A stretch of 64,000 nucleotides of DNA, from NCBI GenBank assembly GCA_023253175.1, contig JALRHH010000001.1, forward strand, positions 428,020 to 492,019, given 5' to 3'. Shown here one piece after another: positions 56,053 to 64,000 of this stretch (positions are counted from its first letter, which is position 1; every line of letters begins with the position of its first letter). This DNA comes from Candidatus Saccharimonadia bacterium (lineage in GTDB: Bacteria > Patescibacteriota > Saccharimonadia > Saccharimonadales > JALRHH01). A program made the position numbers and the translations under genes. Under the pieces are notes generated by a model, which was given only the letters and a program-made list of their open reading frames with translations, was not told where the DNA came from and ran no database searches.

Positions 56053-56187
56053 AATGAAGCCTCCAGACTGAGAGACGAAAAGCTATTAGCAATTGTTGAC
56101 GTAGTCGGTGCTACGCCAACCGGAGATAGTAGTTTTGCAGTCCTTGAGCTGGAGGTTTCAGCTGAAAATCTGACGGTTGATTGATCT

Positions 56188-57831
56188 CTAATTAGTGCTC
56201 TCATTTTGTCCCAATATTATAACAAACTCTGCACCATTTGCATTGATGCCCTGAGGCAACGTTGTCGTTGCTGTTACTTTGAGACGCTTTTCGAGATAGT
56301 TCTTAGTGTATTTCTTTTGGCCATTTGTCAGATCAATCAATGTCGTTTGAGCATAATCTTTAGTTGGTGCATTTGCTACGGTAGTAATGTTATATCCGAA
56401 TGACTTCAGCTCATCAGCTCGTTTACCGGCAAGACCAGTAACAGTAGAGCCATTGAATACTGCGATCGAGGCGTTTTCATTCTTAATATACCCATCCTTC
56501 AATGAATTGCGCACAAAGCTTTGTATCGCCGTATAGTTATACAGACCTGCAATTGGCTGAACAACTGACTGGCCGTTTATCATACCAGTGTTAACTAGCA
56601 CGTTTGGTGGATCCGCGAGGCCCAAGGAACCGACCTTCGTTGAATCAATTCCCTTCATAATGTCATACACGCGGAGCACTTCACCGGTCGTAAGGTTTGA
56701 TCGTACGTGATCACCAAATTCATTTACCAGTTGATTAATCTTCACTGGATTACCGTAGGTGCCCGCAGACATAACCTTATCCTTGAGTGCCAAGATAACT
56801 GCACGTTGACGCTCAGCGCGGTCAAAGTCACCACGTGCACTCGTGTGACGTGAGCGGGCATAGAATAGTGCCCTTTCGCCGTCGAAGTGCTGCCTGCCTT
56901 CTTTGACATCAAGCACGTAGTTCTTACGAGTTACTGGGTTCCAGAGCCGTTCGTATACAACGCCACTTTTAGCGACATTAATATCAACTCCGCCAACCGT
57001 ATTAATGGCCTTTTCAAATGCAGTGAAGTCAACCATCACGTGATAGTGAATTGGCACTCCAAACACTTCTTCGACCTCTGTCTCAATAGCAGCAAGTCCG
57101 GCCTGCTCCGCACGCTCGTTGATATCAGATGTCTTTTTGCCATTCAGAACCTTATATTTAGCGTTCGCATAGACAGCGTTAATCTTTGACTGCCCTGCGT
57201 CTGTCTTAACCCAGAAATCACGTGGAATACTGAGCATTGATGCATCCTTTTGAATTGGATCAATACTCATAATAAGAATGGTGTCGGTCAGATCAGCTCC
57301 GTCGTGCCCTGCGCCACCCTTGCCAAGCATCAACACATTCACACGACCATCACCTTCACCCTTGAGTTTCGTAGGATCAACGTTAGCATCAAGTGCTGGT
57401 GCGTTACCGCCACCACTAAATATCTTCTTTGCTTTTAGATATGCGTTACCGAATAAGAGTCCGCCCAATACAAATAAGACCAAAAAGAGGCTTACCATCA
57501 CTCGCAGCACTATTTTCTTTTTGCTACGTTTTTTGTGCTTCTCACCAGATGACTTTGGAAGATCAAGCTTCATACCAGAGCCCATCGGCTCTGATGAACC
57601 GCGTCCACCATGAGGATTTGCGACCGGATTATTTGAAGTTAACTTGTTCTGAGCAACTGGACGAAATCCGTCCTTGCCTCTAAAATCATCAACCCGCGCA
57701 ATTGGCTTTGCAGCGCCTGCGATCGAGCCGCGACGTGTCACTTGGTTAGCACGCCCTGGTCGATGAGCAAACCCATCCATTCCGCCTCGTGAGGATTTAC
57801 GCGGCGCGTTATGTTTTCGAAAGTTGTCCAT
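56188..57831 (-). CDS. LytR-CpsA-Psr (LCP) family cell-envelope phosphotransferase with C-terminal LytR_C-like domain
   Basis: Basic N-terminus plus a TM segment. LCP core RVNVLMLG…DTILIMSIDP…SIPRD…ARSRH. I prefer the ATG at 57831. Confidence 0.85.
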   Translation of the reverse strand: MDNFRKHNAPRKSSRGGMDGFAHRPGRANQVTRRGSIAGAAKPIARVDDFRGKDGFRPVAQNKLTSNNPVANPHGGRGSSEPMGSGMKLDLPKSSGEKHKKRSKKKIVLRVMVSLFLVLFVLGGLLFGNAYLKAKKIFSGGGNAPALDANVDPTKLKGEGDGRVNVLMLGKGGAGHDGADLTDTILIMSIDPIQKDASMLSIPRDFWVKTDAGQSKINAVYANAKYKVLNGKKTSDINERAEQAGLAAIETEVEEVFGVPIHYHVMVDFTAFEKAINTVGGVDINVAKSGVVYERLWNPVTRKNYVLDVKEGRQHFDGERALFYARSRHTSARGDFDRAERQRAVILALKDKVMSAGTYGNPVKINQLVNEFGDHVRSNLTTGEVLRVYDIMKGIDSTKVGSLGLADPPNVLVNTGMINGQSVVQPIAGLYNYTAIQSFVRNSLKDGYIKNENASIAVFNGSTVTGLAGKRADELKSFGYNITTVANAPTKDYAQTTLIDLTNGQKKYTKNYLEKRLKVTATTTLPQGINANGAEFVIILGQNESTN

Positions 57832-57956
57832 AATTTCCAAGATCTAGTATACGCGAAACCGCCGGCTAGTAAAACGAGAAATGACGTATTTTTTGCCACC
57901 AAACCGCTTTTCTTTATATCAAGTATTTTGGATTTAAGGTATAGTTAGTACCTGAA

Positions 57957-58652
57957 ATGGAACCTAACAACAATCTTCCCCCGCAGCAAAATCTGCAGCC
58001 CAACACAAATCCCGGACAACCCATTCAAGTTATGCCGACACTTCCAGACACTCCAGCCCCGGAACCAAAGGGAGAAGGCCTGCGGGCAATTATATCTACG
58101 GTTGCGATATTAATAGCCGCTCCGATCATTGCCCTGCTCCTCACTACATTTGTGTTTCAATCATATGAAGTTGACGGCCCGAGCATGGAAACAACCCTCG
58201 AAAACCACGACCGACTATTGGTACTTAAGGTGCCCAAGACTATCGCCAGCTTAACCGGAAAAGATTATGTTCCTAACCGCAACGATATCATTATTTTTAA
58301 GACAAGTGTTATCCATGATGGGTCACTCGACGATGGTGGTGAAAAACAGCTCGTAAAGCGAGTCATTGGCGTACCAGGTGACCGTGTTGTCGTTAAAGAT
58401 GGCTCAATCCGTGTATATAATGCGGCATTTCCGGAAGGATTTGACCCTGATGCCGGACAAGATCACGGTGACTCTGTAGACATTACCACTGGCGATGTAG
58501 ATATAACAGTAGAAGAAGGCGAAGTATTCGTGTGTGGAGATAACCGTGTTAACTCCCTTGATTCGCGCGTGATTGGCACCGTACCGTCCAAGGACATTAT
58601 TGGTAAGCTTGTTCTGCGGCTCTATCCCCTGGATACGGTTCGTAAATTTTAG
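57957..58652 (+). CDS. lepB: signal peptidase I
   Basis: Catalytic Ser box DGPSMETTL, the KRVIGVPGD box and GDNRVNSLDSR. Confidence 0.9.
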   Translation: MEPNNNLPPQQNLQPNTNPGQPIQVMPTLPDTPAPEPKGEGLRAIISTVAILIAAPIIALLLTTFVFQSYEVDGPSMETTLENHDRLLVLKVPKTIASLTGKDYVPNRNDIIIFKTSVIHDGSLDDGGEKQLVKRVIGVPGDRVVVKDGSIRVYNAAFPEGFDPDAGQDHGDSVDITTGDVDITVEEGEVFVCGDNRVNSLDSRVIGTVPSKDIIGKLVLRLYPLDTVRKF

Positions 58653-58655
58653 ATT

Positions 58656-59513
58656 CTAGAGGTTGTTAAGCTTTTCGAGTAAGCTACCGAGCTCATCGTC
58701 ACTCTTGAAATGAATCTCAAGACGACCACCCTTTGCAGTACGACGAACACTCACAGGCGTCTTGAGCGTTTTACTGAGACGCTTAGTTTCTGGTGTTTCG
58801 GTAGCCATGCGTTCCTTTACGGCTTCCTCTTTTTTAACGCCTTGCTTATAGGTTGTCGCAAACTGCTCCGCCTGGCGCACCGACCAGCTCTTCTCAATAA
58901 TATTCTGTAGTAGTTCTTCTTGCGCTTCTGGATATGCTTTAAGTGACAAAATCGCCCGGGCGTGTCCTTCACTAATTTTGTTCTCAGCAAGCGCATCGCG
59001 CGCGGATTCAGGAAGCTGCAACAGTCGAACGAGATTGCTGACTGTCGTCTCTGCCTTTGAAAGACGTTCCGCAATTTGCCTATATGTGAGGTTAAACTGC
59101 TGGTGTAGGCGTTCAATCGATATCGCTTGTTCGAGCGGAGATAAATCAACGCGCTGCACGTTTTCAATAAGTGCAATTTCAAGCTCCTCGAGCTGTGCGG
59201 GTTCACGAATAATAACCGGAAGTTCGGTCAGGCCAGCAATTTGCGCTGCGCGCCAACGACGCTCACCGGCTACAAGGCGATAATTGCCATCATCAAGCGG
59301 CACCACGATCAGCGGCTGGAGTACGCCAAACTGCTTCAGTGACCCAGCAAGCTCATTAAGTGCGGCTTGCTCAAAATAGCGTCTTGGCTGGTCTGGATTC
59401 GGCGAAATACGCGTAATGAGTAATTTTTGTATTCGGTCTTTACTGTCGATTAACAGAGATGGATCGAAGTCTGTTGGTATTAATGCATCAAATCCTTTGC
59501 CTAGTCCCGCCAT
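58656..59513 (-). CDS. parB: chromosome partitioning protein ParB (Spo0J)
   Basis: ParB box LVAGERRWRAA, an HTH region, and a position directly downstream of parA. Confidence 0.9.
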   Translation of the reverse strand: MAGLGKGFDALIPTDFDPSLLIDSKDRIQKLLITRISPNPDQPRRYFEQAALNELAGSLKQFGVLQPLIVVPLDDGNYRLVAGERRWRAAQIAGLTELPVIIREPAQLEELEIALIENVQRVDLSPLEQAISIERLHQQFNLTYRQIAERLSKAETTVSNLVRLLQLPESARDALAENKISEGHARAILSLKAYPEAQEELLQNIIEKSWSVRQAEQFATTYKQGVKKEEAVKERMATETPETKRLSKTLKTPVSVRRTAKGGRLEIHFKSDDELGSLLEKLNNL

Positions 59514-60271
59514 TACTTCATCCTTTCTAATATCTCTTTACTTAGCGCCTTATACGCCCTTGCACCCTTAGACCACTTGTCATGCTCTGCGATGGACTTA
59601 CCATGGCTTGGGGCCTCAGCAAGGCGCACGTTACGGGGTACGACTGTCTTAAATAGCTTGTCGCTAAAATGCTTTCCGAGCTCATCATATACCTGCTCCG
59701 ATAGACTCGTGCGACTATCGTACATAGTCACCACCACACCCAAAAGGTCTAATCCTGGGTTCAGCCCTGCCCGCACGCGCTGAACGACACTCAATAATTG
59801 ACTCAATCCCTCCAGCGCGTAATATTCTGCCTGCACGGGAATCAATAAATGGTTCGCTGCAGCTAATGCGTTCACAGTCAGCAGCCCAAGTGACGGTGGA
59901 CAGTCAATCAGCACAATATCATATGAAACATTCGCTAAAATGTTCTTGAGGATTAATTCACGCTGCATCTGACTAACCAACTCTACTTCGGCTGAAGCAA
60001 GACTTGGATTCGCTGGCAGCACAAAAAGCTTATCAATATTCGTTTCCTGGATGGCATCTGATGCCTCCGCACGCCCAAACAGCACGTCGTACATTGTTGC
60101 GCTCAAAGCGTGCTTATCAATACCAAGTCCGCTCGTGGCGTTACCCTGCGGATCGAAGTCCACAATAAGCACCGACTTCCCCGCCTTCGCAAAATAAGCC
60201 CCTAGGTTGATGGTAGATGTCGTCTTACCAACGCCACCCTTTTGGTTTAATACCGCAATAACTTGCCGCAT
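59513..60271 (-). CDS. parA: chromosome partitioning ATPase ParA (Soj)
   Basis: Deviant Walker A NQKGGVGKTT. 252 aa. Confidence 0.95.
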   Translation of the reverse strand: MRQVIAVLNQKGGVGKTTSTINLGAYFAKAGKSVLIVDFDPQGNATSGLGIDKHALSATMYDVLFGRAEASDAIQETNIDKLFVLPANPSLASAEVELVSQMQRELILKNILANVSYDIVLIDCPPSLGLLTVNALAAANHLLIPVQAEYYALEGLSQLLSVVQRVRAGLNPGLDLLGVVVTMYDSRTSLSEQVYDELGKHFSDKLFKTVVPRNVRLAEAPSHGKSIAEHDKWSKGARAYKALSKEILERMK

Positions 60272-60320
60272 ATCTGTATGTTTCCCTCGTTATACCATAA
60301 GCGTAGCATATATAAGAAAG

Positions 60321-60340
60321 CTTTTCACGAGTTTTCACGG
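60321..60340. repeat. tandem half-site copy of the repeat-family arm (CTTTTCACG-a-GTTTTCACG-g) directly upstream of the parA promoter
   Basis: Two direct copies of the TTTTCACG arm lie 6 nt after the giant gene stop. They abut the -35 region of a putative TGGTATAAC promoter for parA. Confidence 0.7.
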
Positions 60341-60345
60341 ACTTT

Positions 60346-63300
60346 TTAACGTATTTGTGTACGGATACTACTGTAATTTACGGTAGCTGTATTATTACCT
60401 CCACTACAGTAAACACGCACGAGCACTTCACCCTTAGCCTCGTTCTTGATCTGAAGCCAGTCACCCTTGACCGCACCGGTACGATCTATCGTTGTACTAC
60501 CGCTGTCAGTAAGATCATGCCATATCGGGTTGTCTTCGGTCAGACTGTACTGGAGCTTACAACTTGCACCTTGGCTACCCGCCGCAGTTACGTTAATAAG
60601 GAGACGTGCCTGGTTGGCATTACTGAGGTCAATCCACGTTCGGTTTTCACCAGGGAGCTCATAGTCACCAGATGGCTGCGTCCATGGGCTTCCTCCAGTG
60701 GCAATCGTGTACTCGCTAAACGCAGTCTGTAGACAATCTTGCCACTTATCATTCTGGTAACAGCGGAACTTCTTCATTGCACTGTTGTAGTACTGCGCAC
60801 CGTTAACACCTGCCGGGTCACCATCACTGCTCTTGGTATCAAGCACAAACAGAACTGTCTTGCCGTTATTGCCAGCACCGATCTTCACCTTACCGGTCAA
60901 GGTATCAATATTAAGTGCGTTATCCCCGTTAGCGCCCTTAACCGTAAATGCGTTGCTACTATCGAGCTTCAGCTCGAGTGCACCATTATTAAATACCGTG
61001 AAGACGCCGTTACCATCTTTCTTTAATGTGAGTAAGTTAGTACTACTATCGGCTTCCAGTGTTACTGCTTGTGCACCAATTGTTGTGGCACCAGTTATGC
61101 TACCCACGGCGGTGATGCCACTATTATTGTTATTCAATCCACCTACAATTGATGCACCACCTGAACTCAAGGTTAGTCCAGTAATATTCTGAAGTGCACC
61201 CGATGCAGTAAGCCGCAGCGTGCCACCCGTGCTGATTGTGTTCAGGTTAGCGTTACCCTGACTATTTAGATACTTAGATAATTCACTAACACCCCTGAGC
61301 GTGTAGATACTGAGACCTTCGTAGTTCACATGCTTGTATCCGTATTCATCAGAGTAAACGAGTCCCGGCAGCACAGTTTCCAGTTGCTGCGCAAGTACAC
61401 CAGTCTGCCGCTTGGTATCACATGATGTATTAGTTGAGCTAAAGTAGTTATTAGTACAATCAAAATCAAAGTTAACAGTCTGGATATCCTTAAGGCTATC
61501 AAGTACAGAACCCTCAAGGCCAACAATGTTAGTCTTAAGCCTCTGGTCAGAGAGACCTACTCCCGTACAAGCACTAACACTCGTGATAATACCACCCCTT
61601 ACAACAGCAGTGTTCAGATACTGACCACCCGAACAAGCAATATCGATACCGGTGTAAGTAGTTGTTGAACGAACAATTCGGTAACTACTTGCGTTGTTCG
61701 TAATAGTCACATTACCGCCCGCATTAAGCACGCCCGATGCTGTGACCGCACCGTTAAGTGAAACATTACCCGTACCGGTGCTAAACGTACCCGTACCACT
61801 CATTGCAAAGTTACCACTCGTCTGTGCGTAGCCTGTTATGCCAGAGAGGCTGCCGGCATTGATGATCAGGCCGTTAATGGTATTGGTGGCGGTGGCGCCG
61901 GTAATTGCACCAGATAATGCAAGTGTCGTTACGCCGCTAATCGCACCCGCGCTTGATACATCAAATGCAGTTGAATTAATTGTCAGCGCATTGCTACCTC
62001 CACCGATGGTTATTGCACCGGTACCCGTAACCGAGAAGGCACCACTCGTTTGGCTGAAGCCAGTAATACCACTAAGACTTCCGGCGTTAATAATCAGGCC
62101 GTTGATGGTATTGGTGGCCGTTGCCGCTGTTATAGCACCCGAGGCAGAGATAGTCGTCACGCCGCTCAAGGCGCCGGCGTTGATACTGAGACCGTTAATG
62201 GTGTTTGATGTTGCGGCCGTGATTGAGCCGGAGGCAGAAATTGAGGTAACTCCAGAAAGTGCACCGGCGTTAATGATCAAACCGTTGATTGTATTTCCAC
62301 TTGTAGCACCTGTGATTGCACCGGATAGTGCAATCGTCGTCACGCCGCTAATCGCACCCGCACTCGTCAGGTCAAAGTTAGTTGAATCAATCGTCAGCGC
62401 ATTGCTACCACCGCCAAGCGTGATATTGCCCGTACCGGTTACAGAGAAGGCACCGCTCGTCTGTGCGTAACCCGTGATGCCAGACAGACTACCACTGTTG
62501 ATGATCAGGCCATTAATCGTGTTTGTAGTCGTTGCTGCAGTTATGGCGCCCGACGCAGATATCGTTGTAGCCCCGCTGATAGCACCCGCGTTGATATTTA
62601 ATCCGTTTATTGTGCCGGTTGTAGCTGCCGTAATTGAGCCAGAGGCGGAAATACTACTGATACCGCTGAGTGCACCACTGTTGATAATAAGTCCGTTGAT
62701 GGTATTTCCAGTTGTAGCCGCACTTACTGCACCCGTAACGCCCAATGATGTACCGGCAATAGAACCAGCACCGGTGATATTACCGCCGCCTAGCGCAAGA
62801 TTACCGCTCGTTAACGTCAGTCCAGCAACGCCACCGATAGATCCCGCGTTTGTGATGCCGCCGCTATTGAGGTTAATGCCGCCAGAACTGAACGTGACAC
62901 CCGTTACACCAGATAGTGCACCCGCGTTGATGCTCAGGCCATTGATGGTGTTTGATGTTGCGGCAGTAATTGAACCCGTGGCGGAAATAGTTGTTACGCC
63001 AGCCAATGCGCCGGTGCCGGTAATACCGCCACCATTATTCGAGATGCCGCCGCTTGATATGATCAGGCCACCACCAGCAGTAATGGTCTTTGTAGCAGCC
63101 GTTTGCAGGTTACCTGCTATATCGACAGTAGTGCCGCTTGCTCCAAGCGAAATATTTGTAGCCGCACCACCGATATTGAGCACTGATACGTTCTCGTTTG
63201 CCACATTGAACGTTCCAAGTGTTGAGGTAATGCCATTTTCGTTGTAATACGTTGTACCGTTACCCGTTACCACACCGGCTATGAAGTAGCCTCGGCCAAA

Positions 63301-64000
63301 TCGGTTTGTCAGAGTAGAAGTTGTATTGCCACCGCCAATTTCAGGAATATAGTATTCCGTAACTGCAGCCCCGGCAGACCAGCTAAGGTTCGGTGTGATG
63401 GACAGTGCAGATGCCGTCTTGGATGTAATCTTCGCATAGGTGCCGTTAACGAGTACATAGTTACCAACGTCAAAGTTAGCAGTGTTGCCACTGCCAACAT
63501 TTATCGTACCCGGACTTAGACCACTGGCACTCGTTGCAGTTGTGGAACCGTCAAGCTGCGTAAAGCCACTCGTTACTCCGCCATTTGCGTCGACATTAAA
63601 CTTGCCGCTCGCAGCCTGCAATGTGGTCACACCAGATAACGCGCCAGCGTTTGTGATGCCACCGCTATTGAGATTAATGCCACCGCTTGTGAAGGTCAGT
63701 CCAGTAAGCCCACTGACATTTCCTGCGTTAATGTTCAAACCGTTGATCGTGTTTGATGTTGCGGCTGTGATGCCACCGCTCATGTTCAGTGTCGTCACAC
63801 CAGATAGCGCACCACTGTTTATGATCAAGCCGTTAATAGTATTTGTGCTCGTTGCCCCCGTAATTGCTCCAGTAACCGTAAGCGTACCTGTAGATACAGA
63901 AGTAAAGCTCGGCGTGCTACTAAGGTTGACTGACAACGTTCCTCCAAGCGCTACACTACTACTACCACTGAGATTCGTGCCAAGGCTGACATTGAAGCTA
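60346..64000 (-). CDS. giant repeat-rich surface/fibre protein with internal peptidase S74 (intramolecular chaperone) domain; N-terminus outside the window
   Basis: The frame stays open to position 64000, giving more than 1217 aa. There are tens of ~29-aa G/S/T/N/I repeats (…ITAATSNTINGLxINAGALSGVTTISASG…). The S74 signature GLSDQRLKTNI…GVLAQQLETVLPGLV…VNYEGL lies at about 61264-61563 and is followed by 305 further residues. Confidence 0.8.
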   Translation of the reverse strand, partial: SFNVSLGTNLSGSSSVALGGTLSVNLSSTPSFTSVSTGTLTVTGAITGATSTNTINGLIINSGALSGVTTLNMSGGITAATSNTINGLNINAGNVSGLTGLTFTSGGINLNSGGITNAGALSGVTTLQAASGKFNVDANGGVTSGFTQLDGSTTATSASGLSPGTINVGSGNTANFDVGNYVLVNGTYAKITSKTASALSITPNLSWSAGAAVTEYYIPEIGGGNTTSTLTNRFGRGYFIAGVVTGNGTTYYNENGITSTLGTFNVANENVSVLNIGGAATNISLGASGTTVDIAGNLQTAATKTITAGGGLIISSGGISNNGGGITGTGALAGVTTISATGSITAATSNTINGLSINAGALSGVTGVTFSSGGINLNSGGITNAGSIGGVAGLTLTSGNLALGGGNITGAGSIAGTSLGVTGAVSAATTGNTINGLIINSGALSGISSISASGSITAATTGTINGLNINAGAISGATTISASGAITAATTTNTINGLIINSGSLSGITGYAQTSGAFSVTGTGNITLGGGSNALTIDSTNFDLTSAGAISGVTTIALSGAITGATSGNTINGLIINAGALSGVTSISASGSITAATSNTINGLSINAGALSGVTTISASGAITAATATNTINGLIINAGSLSGITGFSQTSGAFSVTGTGAITIGGGSNALTINSTAFDVSSAGAISGVTTLALSGAITGATATNTINGLIINAGSLSGITGYAQTSGNFAMSGTGTFSTGTGNVSLNGAVTASGVLNAGGNVTITNNASSYRIVRSTTTYTGIDIACSGGQYLNTAVVRGGIITSVSACTGVGLSDQRLKTNIVGLEGSVLDSLKDIQTVNFDFDCTNNYFSSTNTSCDTKRQTGVLAQQLETVLPGLVYSDEYGYKHVNYEGLSIYTLRGVSELSKYLNSQGNANLNTISTGGTLRLTASGALQNITGLTLSSGGASIVGGLNNNNSGITAVGSITGATTIGAQAVTLEADSSTNLLTLKKDGNGVFTVFNNGALELKLDSSNAFTVKGANGDNALNIDTLTGKVKIGAGNNGKTVLFVLDTKSSDGDPAGVNGAQYYNSAMKKFRCYQNDKWQDCLQTAFSEYTIATGGSPWTQPSGDYELPGENRTWIDLSNANQARLLINVTAAGSQGASCKLQYSLTEDNPIWHDLTDSGSTTIDRTGAVKGDWLQIKNEAKGEVLVRVYCSGGNNTATVNYSSIRTQIR
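61630..62770. repeat. about 2.7 tandem copies of a 411-bp (137-aa) super-repeat inside the giant gene
   Basis: The 20-mer ACGCCGCTAATCGCACCCGC occurs at 61931-61950 and again at 62342-62361, giving a period of 411 nt. Each unit contains three ~29-aa sub-repeats plus a TSGAFSVTGTG…GGGSNALTI linker. Confidence 0.8.

Noticed and set aside
56154-56169. parS-like palindrome GGTTTCAG|CTGAAAAT (12 of 16 matches to TGTTTCACGTGAAACA)
   Set aside because: The central CG is swapped to GC. About 16 perfect 12-bp palindromes are expected by chance in 64 kb. It is mentioned only as context for the parS hunt and is not called as parS.
61838-63247. Two long plus-strand ORFs (210 and 257 aa) antisense to the giant repeat gene
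   Set aside because: They are rich in Pro/Ala/Val/Ile and are simply the reverse complement of the Gly/Ser/Thr/Asn codon repeats. They have no start context or motifs. The minus-strand frame carries clear domain signatures and is open for more than 3.6 kb.
1-64000. Scan for rRNA, tRNA, CRISPR arrays, transposases, integrases and prophage blocks
   Set aside because: No intergenic gap contains a cloverleaf-like sequence or a regularly spaced direct repeat. No ORF shows a DDE, tyrosine-recombinase or serine-recombinase motif. The only phage-like signal is the S74 domain of the giant protein, which has no phage neighbours in the window. The scan was done by eye, so short features could have been missed.

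Overview
Gene-dense chromosomal segment with about 60 CDS, most of them on the minus strand. I recognised no rRNA, tRNA, CRISPR array, transposase or integrase by eye. The content is mostly housekeeping: glyQS, recO, xseAB, rpmA, pyrG, ftsEX, prfB, secA, hpf, serS, rsmE, rlmD-like, class I lysK, greA, proS, rseP, uppS, frr, tsf, rpsB, rpmE2, prfA, prmC, htrA, an LCP protein, lepB and parAB. Both RF1 and RF2 are present and ORFs are long, which fits genetic code 11. Compact operons, many apparently leaderless promoters, a class I LysRS, a short ProRS, salvage-type enzymes and no biosynthetic operons together suggest a reduced-genome monoderm of the CPR/Patescibacteria, possibly Saccharibacteria-like. 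That placement is inference only. parAB at 58.6-60.3 kb and the strand bias suggest the window lies next to oriC. Six things deserve a second look. (1) A family of co-oriented ~90-bp double-hairpin intergenic elements (32.8, 47.8 and 54.0 kb) plus a tandem half-site copy directly upstream of parA; the arms (CGTGAAAAC/GTTTTCACG) resemble split parS half-sites. (2) An accessory cluster at 3.1-6.3 kb with a KwaB-like (DUF4868-like) protein behind three unknown proteins, one of them tail-anchored. This is a possible non-canonical Kiwa-like defence module. (3) A heliorhodopsin-like 7-TM protein with an ~83-aa Lys/Ala/Thr-rich N-terminal tail. (4) A protein of more than 1217 aa built of nested repeats, with an internal tail-fibre-type S74 (SDxRxK) autoprocessing domain followed by a further 305 aa. 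(5) A two-component pair in which both phospho-acceptor residues are Glu. (6) An ftsEX module followed by two PcsB-like coiled-coil/CHAP paralogs and ctpA, with a structured 190-nt spacer. All functional calls rest on motifs I recognised by eye. No database search was run.
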